64,000 nucleotides of DNA, taken from positions 11,885-75,884 of IMG/VR virus record IMGVR_UViG_3300049927_000072; one strand, written 5' to 3'. Position numbers and translations under genes: made by a program. This document shows positions 44,327 to 54,224 of this stretch, piece after piece (the first letter of the stretch is position 1; every line of letters begins with the position of its first letter). The notes beneath the pieces were generated by a model. The model worked only from the letters and a program-made list of their open reading frames with translations. It was not told the DNA's origin and searched no databases. The DNA comes from a virus.

Positions 44327-46945
44327 GTGGCAAGCCCGCAATTCCCATTTTATTTTGCGTGGGTCAACTCCACGGAAACAACGTTCGGTCCCGAACATGA
44401 GATCGTGGACGAGAACGTGATTTCGTTTGACCTCAAGCACGACGAGGGACAGTACCCGACGTGTGAGATCACTGTCAAAAATCCGCGCGTCGGCTTACTC
44501 GCCCCCGGACGAAAAGTTTGGGCGTGGCTTTCATGGCAAGGGCCGTCAAGTGTCGTGCCGCTTTTCTTCGGCGTGCTTGTCGGCATTCCGCAGAACATTT
44601 TCGCCGAAAGCGTTACTCTGAAATTTATCGCGCAACCGGAGAACTACATCGAGCAGCGGCAAGCAATCGCCGAGACGATGAAAGTTCGGCCGTTCTATGA
44701 TCCGGTATTTACTGACGAGCGGCATCGCGATGATCCGGACACAGTTCTCGAAGGCTGGTCATCGCTGTGGCATGTGGACCGCACGACACTCGTGACCACT
44801 GCGAGTGACATCCTTGTCGGCGAAGACGGCACAATCGATTTCCCGAGCGATATTGTCCTATACGACAGCTTGCAGATGCAACTCTCGCAACCGCCGCTCA
44901 GCATGGTCGAGGTCAAGGCCCGCGTGAATTGGACGCAGCGCCAGAGCGGCTACGTCGATATGGGTCAGTATAATTTTGTCTCCTACACTGGCGAGACGAT
45001 CATGTCGGACTGGCCGAAGCCCGGCCACGGGCTTGGCAGCGGCTGGCGCGTTGAGAGTAGCTTCGTGGTGGATGTGTATGCGGTTGCGCAAACGCCGACA
45101 GCGCAGTCACACGGCGACTGGCACAATAGCAGCGAGAACAAACTGCAATGCACTCCTGATAGTTCGAACTTCTCCGCCTCTTGGCCAGCGCTTCTATCTC
45201 CGAACAGCATTCAAGCGACGCTCACGAGCCAATGGCAGACCGGAATTTGCGATCCGTTCTCTGATCCGCAAACCAATCGGCCCGCGTCCGTCCACGACAC
45301 GGGCGTTATCATTCCGCTGTGGTACATCTCGGCGAATATGTTGCTGCGCTACGATGCGAAGCGTCAGCGCACGGAAGAGCTTTATTTCGTCGTCACCACG
45401 GATCAGCAAGCGGTGTTGACATCTCCGACAATCGAGCAGCGCACGGAAGTGATCTCAATCCAAGGTGCGGATGTAGGTGAGCCGCTCTTCGACCCGCTCG
45501 CGTGGTCTGATTTCACCGAAGAGGCTGTCGGCATCGGACAAGTTATTTTCCCGAACGATCCGACAACGGTCGGCGGTAAGAGTTATCAGATTTGCGTGGT
45601 TGCCGGAGTGGCTGGCTCAATCGAACCGGCATTTAGCGACATCGTCGGCGTTGTAACTATCGATGGCACTGTGCACTGGGCGAGCATGGGTGAAACACCA
45701 CTCACGACGCAGCCCGACTGGTCGCCCGCTTCACCCGTACCATTCGGCGAGGTTATCTGTTTCAAAGAAGTGGTGTTCAATCCGGCGACGGCAACGCTCG
45801 AAGATGTAGCAAATTCGACAAGTTATTATATCTGCACCGCGGCGGGCACGACGAACTCGACTTACACGACCATCAACTACGTGCCGCCGCCGTTCACGAG
45901 CAACGACGCTCCGCAGCCTGTGGCGCATTTCACCTATATCCCGCGTCCGGCATTTTCACCAAACGCGGGCACGCAGATTGTTGACGGCTCTGTCACGTGG
46001 ACTGTGCTCGGTGCTGCCCCGGCGCTTCTTGGTATTCCAATCGGCGGCACGGCAGAGAATGTCCCGGCACGTGCATATTTCCCGACAGACCGCGGCCTGT
46101 GGAGCGTCGAACATCTTATTTGCAAAGCGCGGGCACTTCTGCGGCACCGCTCGCGCGCGGTTACGATCTCGTTCGAAGTACCATTCCCGGAAGCGATTGA
46201 TCTCTCGTGTCGGCTTAGCGGAACCATCCATGATGACCGCCTGCCCGGTGGCGTCGCCACTGGCAAGATCATCGCCTACGATATGAAATGCAATGGTCAG
46301 ACTGGCGAATACTGTGGACACATAACGATTGGTTGCGCGGTTGGCCGTGGCGGATCGGCCGCCGCGGTCGACGGTGCTGGCGTCTATGCTTCTCCGGGCT
46401 ACACGCTGCCCGGCTATCAAATCATGGAAGGCGAAATGCCGACGCTCGGTGACATCTCCTACTCGAAGCCGGTATTTGCGCCCGATGACGATGGCCTCTC
46501 GTTCCCGCTCACGAAAGGCCAGATCATAATTTCAGAGAACGTCAATGGCGACGCGAACAGCCAAGCTGAAGCGATCAATGCTGCGATCCCGGCCTCGCAA
46601 ATGCTCGCGAGCGGCGCGAGCGATGATATGGGCTTTTCTCTCATACCTTCGGGTGGCACGGGCGGCAGTCGCAGCTTCGCAGGTGGCAGCGGCACGGCGG
46701 ATTTCACCGGTTTAACGACGCATGGCGGCATCGTCGGCGGCGGGCCGTCCGGCGCGTGGGCGCTTGAGCAGTCGCAACGATATTGGACGGCGTTCGCAAT
46801 CCCTGCGGTCATGGAAGCGAATGCGGTGTGGTATGAACTCGTTCTCAAGCCGGTGCAGAACGGGCCGTTCTCTGCGGAGTATACGATCAACGTTTCCCCG
46901 CTCAGCATTCCGCAAGGGATTAACTTAGAGGCTCCGTCGCTATGA
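44327..46945 (+). CDS. tail tip/baseplate hub protein
   Basis: large protein; two DG(T/S)V.W carbohydrate-binding-like motifs. Confidence 0.7.
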   Translation: MASPQFPFYFAWVNSTETTFGPEHEIVDENVISFDLKHDEGQYPTCEITVKNPRVGLLAPGRKVWAWLSWQGPSSVVPLFFGVLVGIPQNIFAESVTLKFIAQPENYIEQRQAIAETMKVRPFYDPVFTDERHRDDPDTVLEGWSSLWHVDRTTLVTTASDILVGEDGTIDFPSDIVLYDSLQMQLSQPPLSMVEVKARVNWTQRQSGYVDMGQYNFVSYTGETIMSDWPKPGHGLGSGWRVESSFVVDVYAVAQTPTAQSHGDWHNSSENKLQCTPDSSNFSASWPALLSPNSIQATLTSQWQTGICDPFSDPQTNRPASVHDTGVIIPLWYISANMLLRYDAKRQRTEELYFVVTTDQQAVLTSPTIEQRTEVISIQGADVGEPLFDPLAWSDFTEEAVGIGQVIFPNDPTTVGGKSYQICVVAGVAGSIEPAFSDIVGVVTIDGTVHWASMGETPLTTQPDWSPASPVPFGEVICFKEVVFNPATATLEDVANSTSYYICTAAGTTNSTYTTINYVPPPFTSNDAPQPVAHFTYIPRPAFSPNAGTQIVDGSVTWTVLGAAPALLGIPIGGTAENVPARAYFPTDRGLWSVEHLICKARALLRHRSRAVTISFEVPFPEAIDLSCRLSGTIHDDRLPGGVATGKIIAYDMKCNGQTGEYCGHITIGCAVGRGGSAAAVDGAGVYASPGYTLPGYQIMEGEMPTLGDISYSKPVFAPDDDGLSFPLTKGQIIISENVNGDANSQAEAINAAIPASQMLASGASDDMGFSLIPSGGTGGSRSFAGGSGTADFTGLTTHGGIVGGGPSGAWALEQSQRYWTAFAIPAVMEANAVWYELVLKPVQNGPFSAEYTINVSPLSIPQGINLEAPSL

Positions 46946-47166
46946 CAATCGAAACCATCGTACGGCCATTTATCGGCCAAGACACGACACCGGTTCGCAC
47001 AGTAAGAGCCGGGCAATCCTCAGTCGAGCCGGTGCTTGTAGTGGCGGGCCGCAAAGGCGGCGCGCGTACGTTCGCATGGTCCGGCTCAGCAAGCATGACT
47101 TCCTACCTCATTCGTATTCACCGCGAACGCGGCAACGTCCGGTCTGCACTCAACGGCGGCGGCTAA
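46942..47166 (+). CDS. small tail protein
   Basis: ETIVRPF motif; coupled on both sides. Confidence 0.6.
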   Translation: MTIETIVRPFIGQDTTPVRTVRAGQSSVEPVLVVAGRKGGARTFAWSGSASMTSYLIRIHRERGNVRSALNGGG

Positions 47167-48767
47167 TGTCAACACGCATCGTGCATCATGTTCGGATCAC
47201 AAATCCGAACGACAAAGATATGTGGGTGGAGGTAAAAGTTCACGACACGATTATGTACAAGGGGCCGAACGGGCAAGATATGGTGCTCGACTTTCGGCAA
47301 CGGAACGTCGTCGCCGACATAGATGACCGTTCGGGCGACGGCAATGGTGTGCAGAACTCGAATGCCACACGTCTCTCAACCATCTATCGTATGACAAATC
47401 CAGACGACGATACATATTATCTTGACGTGGAAGTTCTCGACGGCATTCGCTTCAAAGGGCCGAACGGGAAAGACGGCGTGCTGCACATGCCAAGTTCGAT
47501 CTCCGGCATCAATGTGGATGATACGGATGGTACGGGCGCGACAGGTAACGGCGGCACAACGCAATTTGCGCACACGTTGAAAGTGGTCGACCCGCTCAGC
47601 ACGACTGCAAAAGAAGACGAGAGCGACGAGTTTATTGGTGTCACTATTACGGATGCGATCCGTTTCAAAGGCACCAACGCGCAAGAGAGCGTTCTCTATT
47701 TCCCGAACGTTGACGAGGAAGACACGACGGCGTGGGAGACCGACGACGACGGCAATCAAAAAGCACCGGAGAATACGGACGCTAATAAATATGTGACGTT
47801 TGCCGACAGCACTACAGACAACCCGGACGGAGGCCCGGAGGGACCATGGCTTAAGAATGGCTCCCAAGGGTTCGGAATTTCGCAAGGCATTCTCTGGCAC
47901 ATCACCAAAGCATCCGGCGGACATACGAAACCGTGGTGGGTCTGGGTGCCGACGCAGCAACCGATGCAAATCTCTGGCTATCTCTTCGCGGATCGGTTGA
48001 TCGTGGATGGCTCGTGGATCGGCTATACAAACTTCGACCTCCGGAAGCAGCGAAATAAGCAACTTTCGCATTTCGAGGACTATGCCGTGCCGGACCCGCC
48101 GCATTGGCCTAGCCTCGGCGACATTCCGCTGCAAGGTTTCGACAGCCTCGACATCAATGCGCGTCAGTTTGTGGCTGGCACCACAAAGGGCGTCGATAAC
48201 CCGCCGATAAAGGTCAACTTTCTTTTATATCCGGACGAGCCACATTTTATTCTGTTCGGCGGACAAAACTGCGGCGTGTATCAGCCTAACATATTCCAGA
48301 TCGTCGGACGCGCGGACGAGCAACCATTTAAGAAAAATCCAGACGGCAGCGACTTCATTGATCCTGACACTGGCAAGAAAGTGCCAAAGATGCCGTCGAA
48401 GAAACTTGCGAAAGACATAGTGCAGGACTTCGTGGATCAATGGACGGAAAGCTCTGACCTGTACAACGAAGATGCGAGCACGGTCGATACGCTGGAATTT
48501 CTCGGCAACCCGATCCAGTACATGCCGTATCCGACTTGGGCGTTCAAAGACCCGCTGCTCGTGACGGTGCCAAATCCGTCGTCAGTGGCGCAGCGCTTCT
48601 GGTTTATCGGCGGCATCCCCGCAGGCTTCTGGTTTTTCAATGGCGAGTTTGACGCTGCATTCGATACGTTCTCCGCGTACGCATCCTACATTGGTGCTGA
48701 TCAGCTTGACGAAAAAGTCTGGGATACAAGCGGCGATGAGCCAGTCCTGCGACCACCGCCTGCGTAA
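47166..48767 (+). CDS. tail protein with three N-terminal ~60-aa repeats
   Basis: D.I.(Y/F)KG(P/T)N(G/A)..VL repeated three times. Confidence 0.65.
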   Translation: MSTRIVHHVRITNPNDKDMWVEVKVHDTIMYKGPNGQDMVLDFRQRNVVADIDDRSGDGNGVQNSNATRLSTIYRMTNPDDDTYYLDVEVLDGIRFKGPNGKDGVLHMPSSISGINVDDTDGTGATGNGGTTQFAHTLKVVDPLSTTAKEDESDEFIGVTITDAIRFKGTNAQESVLYFPNVDEEDTTAWETDDDGNQKAPENTDANKYVTFADSTTDNPDGGPEGPWLKNGSQGFGISQGILWHITKASGGHTKPWWVWVPTQQPMQISGYLFADRLIVDGSWIGYTNFDLRKQRNKQLSHFEDYAVPDPPHWPSLGDIPLQGFDSLDINARQFVAGTTKGVDNPPIKVNFLLYPDEPHFILFGGQNCGVYQPNIFQIVGRADEQPFKKNPDGSDFIDPDTGKKVPKMPSKKLAKDIVQDFVDQWTESSDLYNEDASTVDTLEFLGNPIQYMPYPTWAFKDPLLVTVPNPSSVAQRFWFIGGIPAGFWFFNGEFDAAFDTFSAYASYIGADQLDEKVWDTSGDEPVLRPPPA

Positions 48768-48816
48768 TAATTCACCCGTTGCGACTTCAAACTCTCTGAC
48801 GTAAGGATCACGCACC

Positions 48817-49656
48817 ATGACAATCACATATCGCACAAACGACAACACCCGGTGGGGCAGCGGTCAGGGCACTGACCTTTCTGCGGCTCAGGTCGACATC
48901 AATTTCTGGGAACTGTTTAGCGCGATCAGTGCGCTACAGGACCATTCGAACAATGGTGCGTTTATCGACTTCTTCGCCGTGAGCGGTAACAATCTTTTCG
49001 TGCACATGACCGATCACTCGGTGCTCGGTCCCTACTCGCTTCCCGTTGCACAGTGGAATTTCCGGGGCCAATGGCAGCCGAGCACGGCTTACGCGATCAT
49101 GGACACTTTCAATGGTCCGGATGGTGGTGTCTATCTTACTATTTTTGCACACACGAGCGACCTCACATTCTCCGCCGGAGCGAACGATGGCCTAGGGCAC
49201 GACTTCTACGCCGCGCTGCTCAATCCGCCGATCAGTCTCATGCCCGCAGGCGGCACGATTGCGCAACGGCTCGCGAAGGTCGACAGCACGGATTACAACG
49301 CCGCGTGGGTCAACGATCCTATAAAGATCGCGGTGTACGTCGAAGGACAGCCGACATCGGGCGAAAAGCTCATGGTGTACACGTCGGTCGATACTTTCAT
49401 CCTGCCAGCGGGTCTGACAACCTCGCGCGCGTCATGTCAGGCGTCCGGTGCAGGTGCGATCTCGTACAACCTCTTCAAGAATGGCTCTTCAATCGGTACC
49501 GTCAACTTCGCGGCTGCGGCCGTAGTGGCAACGTTCGCATTTTCGGCCGATGTGCAATTCGTGCCGGGTGATGTGCTCACGCTGACCGGCCCTGCTTCGC
49601 CAAGCGCGACGCAGAGCGGCATCGCGGTCACGATTGTCGGCCTAATCAACGGCTAA
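48817..49656 (+). CDS. tail fibre base/adaptor protein
   Basis: ITYRT....WG.G.G..L....VD.NFW anchor; FRGQWQPSTAY; C-domain paralogous to 32503..33099. Confidence 0.7.
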   Translation: MTITYRTNDNTRWGSGQGTDLSAAQVDINFWELFSAISALQDHSNNGAFIDFFAVSGNNLFVHMTDHSVLGPYSLPVAQWNFRGQWQPSTAYAIMDTFNGPDGGVYLTIFAHTSDLTFSAGANDGLGHDFYAALLNPPISLMPAGGTIAQRLAKVDSTDYNAAWVNDPIKIAVYVEGQPTSGEKLMVYTSVDTFILPAGLTTSRASCQASGAGAISYNLFKNGSSIGTVNFAAAAVVATFAFSADVQFVPGDVLTLTGPASPSATQSGIAVTIVGLING

Positions 49657-49663
49657 ATGAGCC

Positions 49664-50737
49664 ATGAGCAATACCACATTTAATCCGAGCGATAAAAGTG
49701 CCAACATCGTACTGAGTAACGGTAACCACACGTATACTCAGTCTTCGTCGGGCGAGCAGGGCGTCCGGACCGTGCTCGGCGTGAACACCGGCAAGTTTTA
49801 CACCGAGACGAACTGGGATAATACGCCGTCGGGCACCGATACTGGCGCTGGATTTTGTACAGCGGGTGCGACCCTCACGAGCTTAGGGTCTACAGTTACC
49901 AATGCGTGCATCGCCTTTAAGAGCGGCTCGATATGGGTCAACGGGAGCAGCCCCGGCAACGTCGGCGGAGCTTTCGCAATCAATGATAAAATATGCTGCG
50001 CGATAGACCTAGTTAACTCGAAAGTCTGGTTCAGAAAGAACGGTGGCAATTGGAATAACAGCGGCACCGCAGACCCGGCGACTAATACCGGCGGCTTCTC
50101 AATCTCTGGCTTCCAGACGAACAATTCGACCGTGATGCACGGCTGTGGTTGCGTCAACGTAAGCGCCGACACGCTCACGTCAAACTTTGGTGACACGTCA
50201 TTCTCATTCACAGTGCCGTCGGGCTTTCAACCGGGCCTGCCGGGCACAGTTACTGAGACCTCTACAATCGACATGATCTTCTCGACCATGGCGCAAGCGG
50301 TCACCGTCACCGTGCACTTTGGTACGCTGGCTGTCACGGAAGGGACCGATACGTTCGCAGGAACCGGCGACGCATTCCCGGGCTTGGTCGCAGGCTTCGA
50401 CGGCCTCGAAACGAGCGATATATTCGACGGCGCAGGCTATGCAGACATTGTCGGACCGATGGTCACGACAGAAGCGGGCGATGTCTTCCACGGAATTTTG
50501 GTATCTCCGAAGAATGTCACGTTCGCTATCACAGAAACGAAAGATATTTTTAGTGGAATTGGTTTTGTCGTCGGTATAAGTGGACTGTTCGCTACGACAG
50601 AACCTGTTGACAGAATGACTGCGACAGGATTTATCAAGCCGAAAGGTCCGCTTGTGGCGACCGAATTGGCCGATAGGTTCTCGGCTCGTGCGCCGGGTGT
50701 GGTCACGATCATACGACGCCTGATCTCAGTGAACTGA
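49664..50737 (+). CDS. fibre protein with SPRY/concanavalin-like domain and ~22-aa repeats
   Basis: FNPSDKS.NI.LSNGN, GKFY.E, AIDL....VWFRKNG; TE..D.F...G repeats. Confidence 0.75.
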   Translation: MSNTTFNPSDKSANIVLSNGNHTYTQSSSGEQGVRTVLGVNTGKFYTETNWDNTPSGTDTGAGFCTAGATLTSLGSTVTNACIAFKSGSIWVNGSSPGNVGGAFAINDKICCAIDLVNSKVWFRKNGGNWNNSGTADPATNTGGFSISGFQTNNSTVMHGCGCVNVSADTLTSNFGDTSFSFTVPSGFQPGLPGTVTETSTIDMIFSTMAQAVTVTVHFGTLAVTEGTDTFAGTGDAFPGLVAGFDGLETSDIFDGAGYADIVGPMVTTEAGDVFHGILVSPKNVTFAITETKDIFSGIGFVVGISGLFATTEPVDRMTATGFIKPKGPLVATELADRFSARAPGVVTIIRRLISVN

Positions 50738-50765
50738 CGCAAGTTGAAACCGAAGGGGGACTACC

Positions 50766-51140
50766 ATGTCTATCGTATACAATACGACGTTGAAAAATAC
50801 GCGCCTCACCGATGTGGTGACCGCGATTGATACTGGCGGCGCTGGTGCTCTTAAGATCGGCACGACTGCCATGGGCACCGTGCTATCGACCATCACGCTG
50901 GCAAACCCTGTCGGCTCTGTCTCCGGTGGCGTGCTCACATTCTCTGGCACTCCGTTGAGCGATAGCTCTGCGGCGAACTCCGGTACGGCGGCTGCGGCTG
51001 CCATTTACTCCGGCGGATCGACACTGATTATCTCGTCGCTCACCGTGAACACAAGCGGCGCGGATATCAATCTGTCGTCCGTTGCTGTAGTCGCTGGCGA
51101 ACCGGTCACGTTGACCTCTGCATCCATCACACACGGCTAG
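50766..51140 (+). CDS. small virion appendage protein
   Basis: YNTTLKN.RL...AID..GAG.LKIG...DSSA.NSGTAAAA...GADINLSS. Confidence 0.75.
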   Translation: MSIVYNTTLKNTRLTDVVTAIDTGGAGALKIGTTAMGTVLSTITLANPVGSVSGGVLTFSGTPLSDSSAANSGTAAAAAIYSGGSTLIISSLTVNTSGADINLSSVAVVAGEPVTLTSASITHG

Positions 51141-51144
51141 TGCC

Positions 51145-52011
51145 GTGATGTTGAAAGTCCCCGCCGTCACGCTCGTCATAGCCGAGACGCGAGCTTATGA
51201 GCTTGCCGCGCGCGCGATCAACGATCTCGTGAGCCGCGTGCAATTCGGCGACATCCTGATTTATTCTGACGATTGCTGGCGCATCGACGTGCCGGGTGCA
51301 CGTTACATTCATGTCAAGGATTGGGGTGACAAGATTGCTTCCGGCCGCTTTTACTATACTGAGGCGGCGACGAAGATCAAAACCTCACACGCGCTGCTCA
51401 TGGAATGGGATGCTGGCCTCAACGATCCGAGCGCGTGGGATGACGAGTTTCTCAGCTATGATTGCGTCGGAGCACCGTGGCGCGGCGAACATCCAAATCT
51501 GACAGGCGGGCGCAACGTTGGCAATGGCGGTTTCATGCTTCTGTCGAAACGCCTAATCGATTTCCTCTACCAAAAACGCGATAAATACCTGATCGCGACC
51601 GACGTGCATCTCTGTTGCGAGCATCGCCGCCAAATCGAGGCCGAAGGGGCCTTCCTATGGGCGAGAGCCGATGTTGCCGAGAGATTTTCTTATGAAGGCT
51701 GGCATTGGGTGGAGAACAAAATCACGCTTAAAGAACGTCCGCGCAGTTTTGGCTTTCATGGTGTCTTTAACTGGCCTTACATGCTCTCAAGAGCAGAATT
51801 GCTCACGCGCCGTGACATGCTCGTTGCTAACGAGTTTACGCGGCGGACCAAGCTTGATTTGCTCTTGAAATACGCGCCGGAGCTTCGCGCCACTTTACCG
51901 GCGATGCAACGTCCACTCAATCCAATTGACAAGGCGCGGCAAGCTCGTGCTCGCCAGCGCACGGATGCAATGCGCGTATACCGCGGCGGCAACAGAGGAT
52001 TGAAAGCATGA
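51145..52011 (+). CDS. DUF5672-like putative glycosyltransferase
   Basis: TSHALLMEWDA..ND...W.DEFL.YD.VGAPW...VGNGGF.L.S...FGFHG. Confidence 0.75.
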   Translation: MMLKVPAVTLVIAETRAYELAARAINDLVSRVQFGDILIYSDDCWRIDVPGARYIHVKDWGDKIASGRFYYTEAATKIKTSHALLMEWDAGLNDPSAWDDEFLSYDCVGAPWRGEHPNLTGGRNVGNGGFMLLSKRLIDFLYQKRDKYLIATDVHLCCEHRRQIEAEGAFLWARADVAERFSYEGWHWVENKITLKERPRSFGFHGVFNWPYMLSRAELLTRRDMLVANEFTRRTKLDLLLKYAPELRATLPAMQRPLNPIDKARQARARQRTDAMRVYRGGNRGLKA

Positions 52012-52844
52012 ACCCTGACACTCGCATATCTGTGCACTGCTACGAAGGCGACGCGCACCAAGTGGTATCGGCGCTCGGTCTCTACACGCATCATCAATGT
52101 CCAGTGACTGTGATTTCGCCGATTGATAGCCCCGTCACTATTGACGGTGTTGACTGTAGGTTTGCTGGCGTGCGCGAGGGAAGCACAGGTAGGTGGGCGG
52201 CAGATTTCAATCAAGAAGGCTCCAATCGCATCGTAACCGGCGGCCCGATTGCGAACGCGCGGCAGATTGCGCAGATGAAAAAGCTTCTGGAATGCCCGGA
52301 AAACTTTTTCCTTATGAACGACAGCGACAGCATGTGTCTCGATGCGAAAATTCCGGACTACCTCTACGCAGAACCGGACATCGTATGGTCTAATCTCGTG
52401 CACGATCCGATGCCAATAAATCAGCCGGGATACCCGCACGGCTTTCCACGGCTCGCTTTACAGCCGCCTTATTTCCTGTCGCGCCGGACTATCGGAGCGA
52501 TGATCTCTGTAGCTCACAAAGTAGTCACAAATTCTATCATGCCGTGGATTGACCATTATATGTTGCAACTCGCGGTCGAGGCGAAGCTCGTATGGAAAGG
52601 TTTCCCCGACGGAGTGTCTACTGATCTCCGTCATCCGGGACACTTGGAGTGGGCGCAGGTACAAGTCCGACACCTTGGCCGCATCATGCTCCACTCCGCG
52701 AAGAGCACCGAAGACTGGGGGCCACTCGTCCACGCGCATAATCAATTCGTCGCGGACTACCGCGGCGCTGGTGATCACCGGCTAAACCCTGACACGAACA
52801 CTACAGCTGATATCGCGCCTCCGGGAAAATGGAGACGAGGATGA
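52008..52844 (+). CDS. putative glycosyltransferase-like protein
   Basis: FFLMNDSDS (DxD-like motif), QPPYF; context. Confidence 0.45.
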   Translation: MNPDTRISVHCYEGDAHQVVSALGLYTHHQCPVTVISPIDSPVTIDGVDCRFAGVREGSTGRWAADFNQEGSNRIVTGGPIANARQIAQMKKLLECPENFFLMNDSDSMCLDAKIPDYLYAEPDIVWSNLVHDPMPINQPGYPHGFPRLALQPPYFLSRRTIGAMISVAHKVVTNSIMPWIDHYMLQLAVEAKLVWKGFPDGVSTDLRHPGHLEWAQVQVRHLGRIMLHSAKSTEDWGPLVHAHNQFVADYRGAGDHRLNPDTNTTADIAPPGKWRRG

Positions 52845-53257
52845 GCGCTCGACAGTACCTGCCAACACTCAGCGAGCTTGTGGATCGGCTGTCCATTGTA
52901 CAGCTTAAAATGATTTTCATTCCAGAGCATGCCACCGAGTACGGCAAAGAGCGTGCAATGATTGAGCACGACATCGACTTAATACTGTCAGAGATCGGCA
53001 AGCTCGACGCACGAGCCGTCCGCGCCATTCTCGTTATCATGCTCGCCAACCGCTTCATATGGGAAAACGAGAGCAAGGCTCGCGCTGGTGGCACCGAACA
53101 GGACAAAGTCCTGAAGCTCACGCACTCGATCAACGGTATCCGCAATCTCGCAAAAAATGTTCTCGCTGAGACTGAAGGTGGCCGCAAAGACTACAAGCTC
53201 GATTGTCTTGCATCGGAGATGGATGCGGACACTGGAAACTGGAAAGGGATTTTCTAG
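52841..53257 (+). CDS. DUF6165-like helical protein
   Basis: SELVDRLSIVQLK...N..IW..E...R...N..R...KN. Confidence 0.6.
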   Translation: MSARQYLPTLSELVDRLSIVQLKMIFIPEHATEYGKERAMIEHDIDLILSEIGKLDARAVRAILVIMLANRFIWENESKARAGGTEQDKVLKLTHSINGIRNLAKNVLAETEGGRKDYKLDCLASEMDADTGNWKGIF

Positions 53258-53277
53258 TTTATCGACGGGGGCAACTT

Positions 53278-54219
53278 ATGAAAAAATCAGATACTATTCT
53301 TGTCACCGGGGCAAACGGCCTCGTCGGTTCAGCCGTAGTCGAGCATTTGACTGCGCTTGGCTATTCGAATGTGCTCAGCGTATCGCGTGAGAATTGTGAT
53401 CTCCGGGATGCAGAAAAAACCCTAACTGTGTTCAAGATCGCGCGGCCTAAGTATGTCTTTCATGCGGCTGCGCGGGTGCACGGCATCCTCGGCAACATGA
53501 ACCATCAAGCGCAATCGTATCTCGAAAATACCCAGATAAGTTGCAGCGTAGTTGACGCGGCGGCAAAATGCGGTGTTGAGAAAATCGTCGTCATGGGCAC
53601 TGGCGCGGTCTACCCGTTCCCTCACACATTCATGCACGATAGCCGCTTCCCGATGCGCGAGGAAATGATTTTCAACGGACGGCCGCACCCGAGCGAGAGC
53701 GGCTACGCCCACGCGAAGCGCGGCACGCTGGCAATGCTCGAAGCCTATGAAACAACCTACGGTCTCGACTGGGCTTACATCGTCTCGTGCAATCTGTTCG
53801 GACCGCGCGACAAGTTTGACATGATCAACGGCCATATCGTGCCTTCACTCATTGCGAAATTCTATAACGCCTTCCTGTCGGATGACCCTGTCACGGTCTG
53901 GGGCGATGGGTCGGCGCAGCGCGACTTCCTGTACGTCAAGGATGTCGCACGCGCCGTGCATCTCGTTTTACAAAACGGCGGTGGTGCGATCAACATGGGC
54001 GGCGGCCTCATTTATAGCATCCGCAGCATTGTCGAGATGCTCATAGATTTCACCGGCTGCCCGAGCGAGCGCATTGAGTGGGACGCAAGCAAGCCGAACG
54101 GGCAAGCCTATCGTGCCTACGATCTCACGCAAATAAAAGCCCTCGGTTTCCGGCCGATCTATAGCATTGAAGACGGGCTTCGTGAGACTTGGGACTGGTA
54201 TACGCGAAACCCACGGTAG
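53278..54219 (+). CDS. fcl: GDP-L-fucose synthase-like NDP-sugar epimerase/reductase
   Basis: VTGANGLVGS, VFHAAARV.GI..N, GYAHAKR (YxxxK), NLFGP.D.F...H..P.LI.KF, VWGDGS..RDFLY. Confidence 0.8.
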   Translation: MKKSDTILVTGANGLVGSAVVEHLTALGYSNVLSVSRENCDLRDAEKTLTVFKIARPKYVFHAAARVHGILGNMNHQAQSYLENTQISCSVVDAAAKCGVEKIVVMGTGAVYPFPHTFMHDSRFPMREEMIFNGRPHPSESGYAHAKRGTLAMLEAYETTYGLDWAYIVSCNLFGPRDKFDMINGHIVPSLIAKFYNAFLSDDPVTVWGDGSAQRDFLYVKDVARAVHLVLQNGGGAINMGGGLIYSIRSIVEMLIDFTGCPSERIEWDASKPNGQAYRAYDLTQIKALGFRPIYSIEDGLRETWDWYTRNPR

Positions 54220-54224
54220 GAAAA

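Noticed and set aside
47376-48134. 252-aa minus-strand ORF
   Set aside because: Antisense to a tail gene; shadow ORF.
33713-50310. Shared fibre segment as a diversity-generating retroelement TR/VR pair
   Set aside because: Differences are not adenine-specific and no reverse transcriptase is present in the window.
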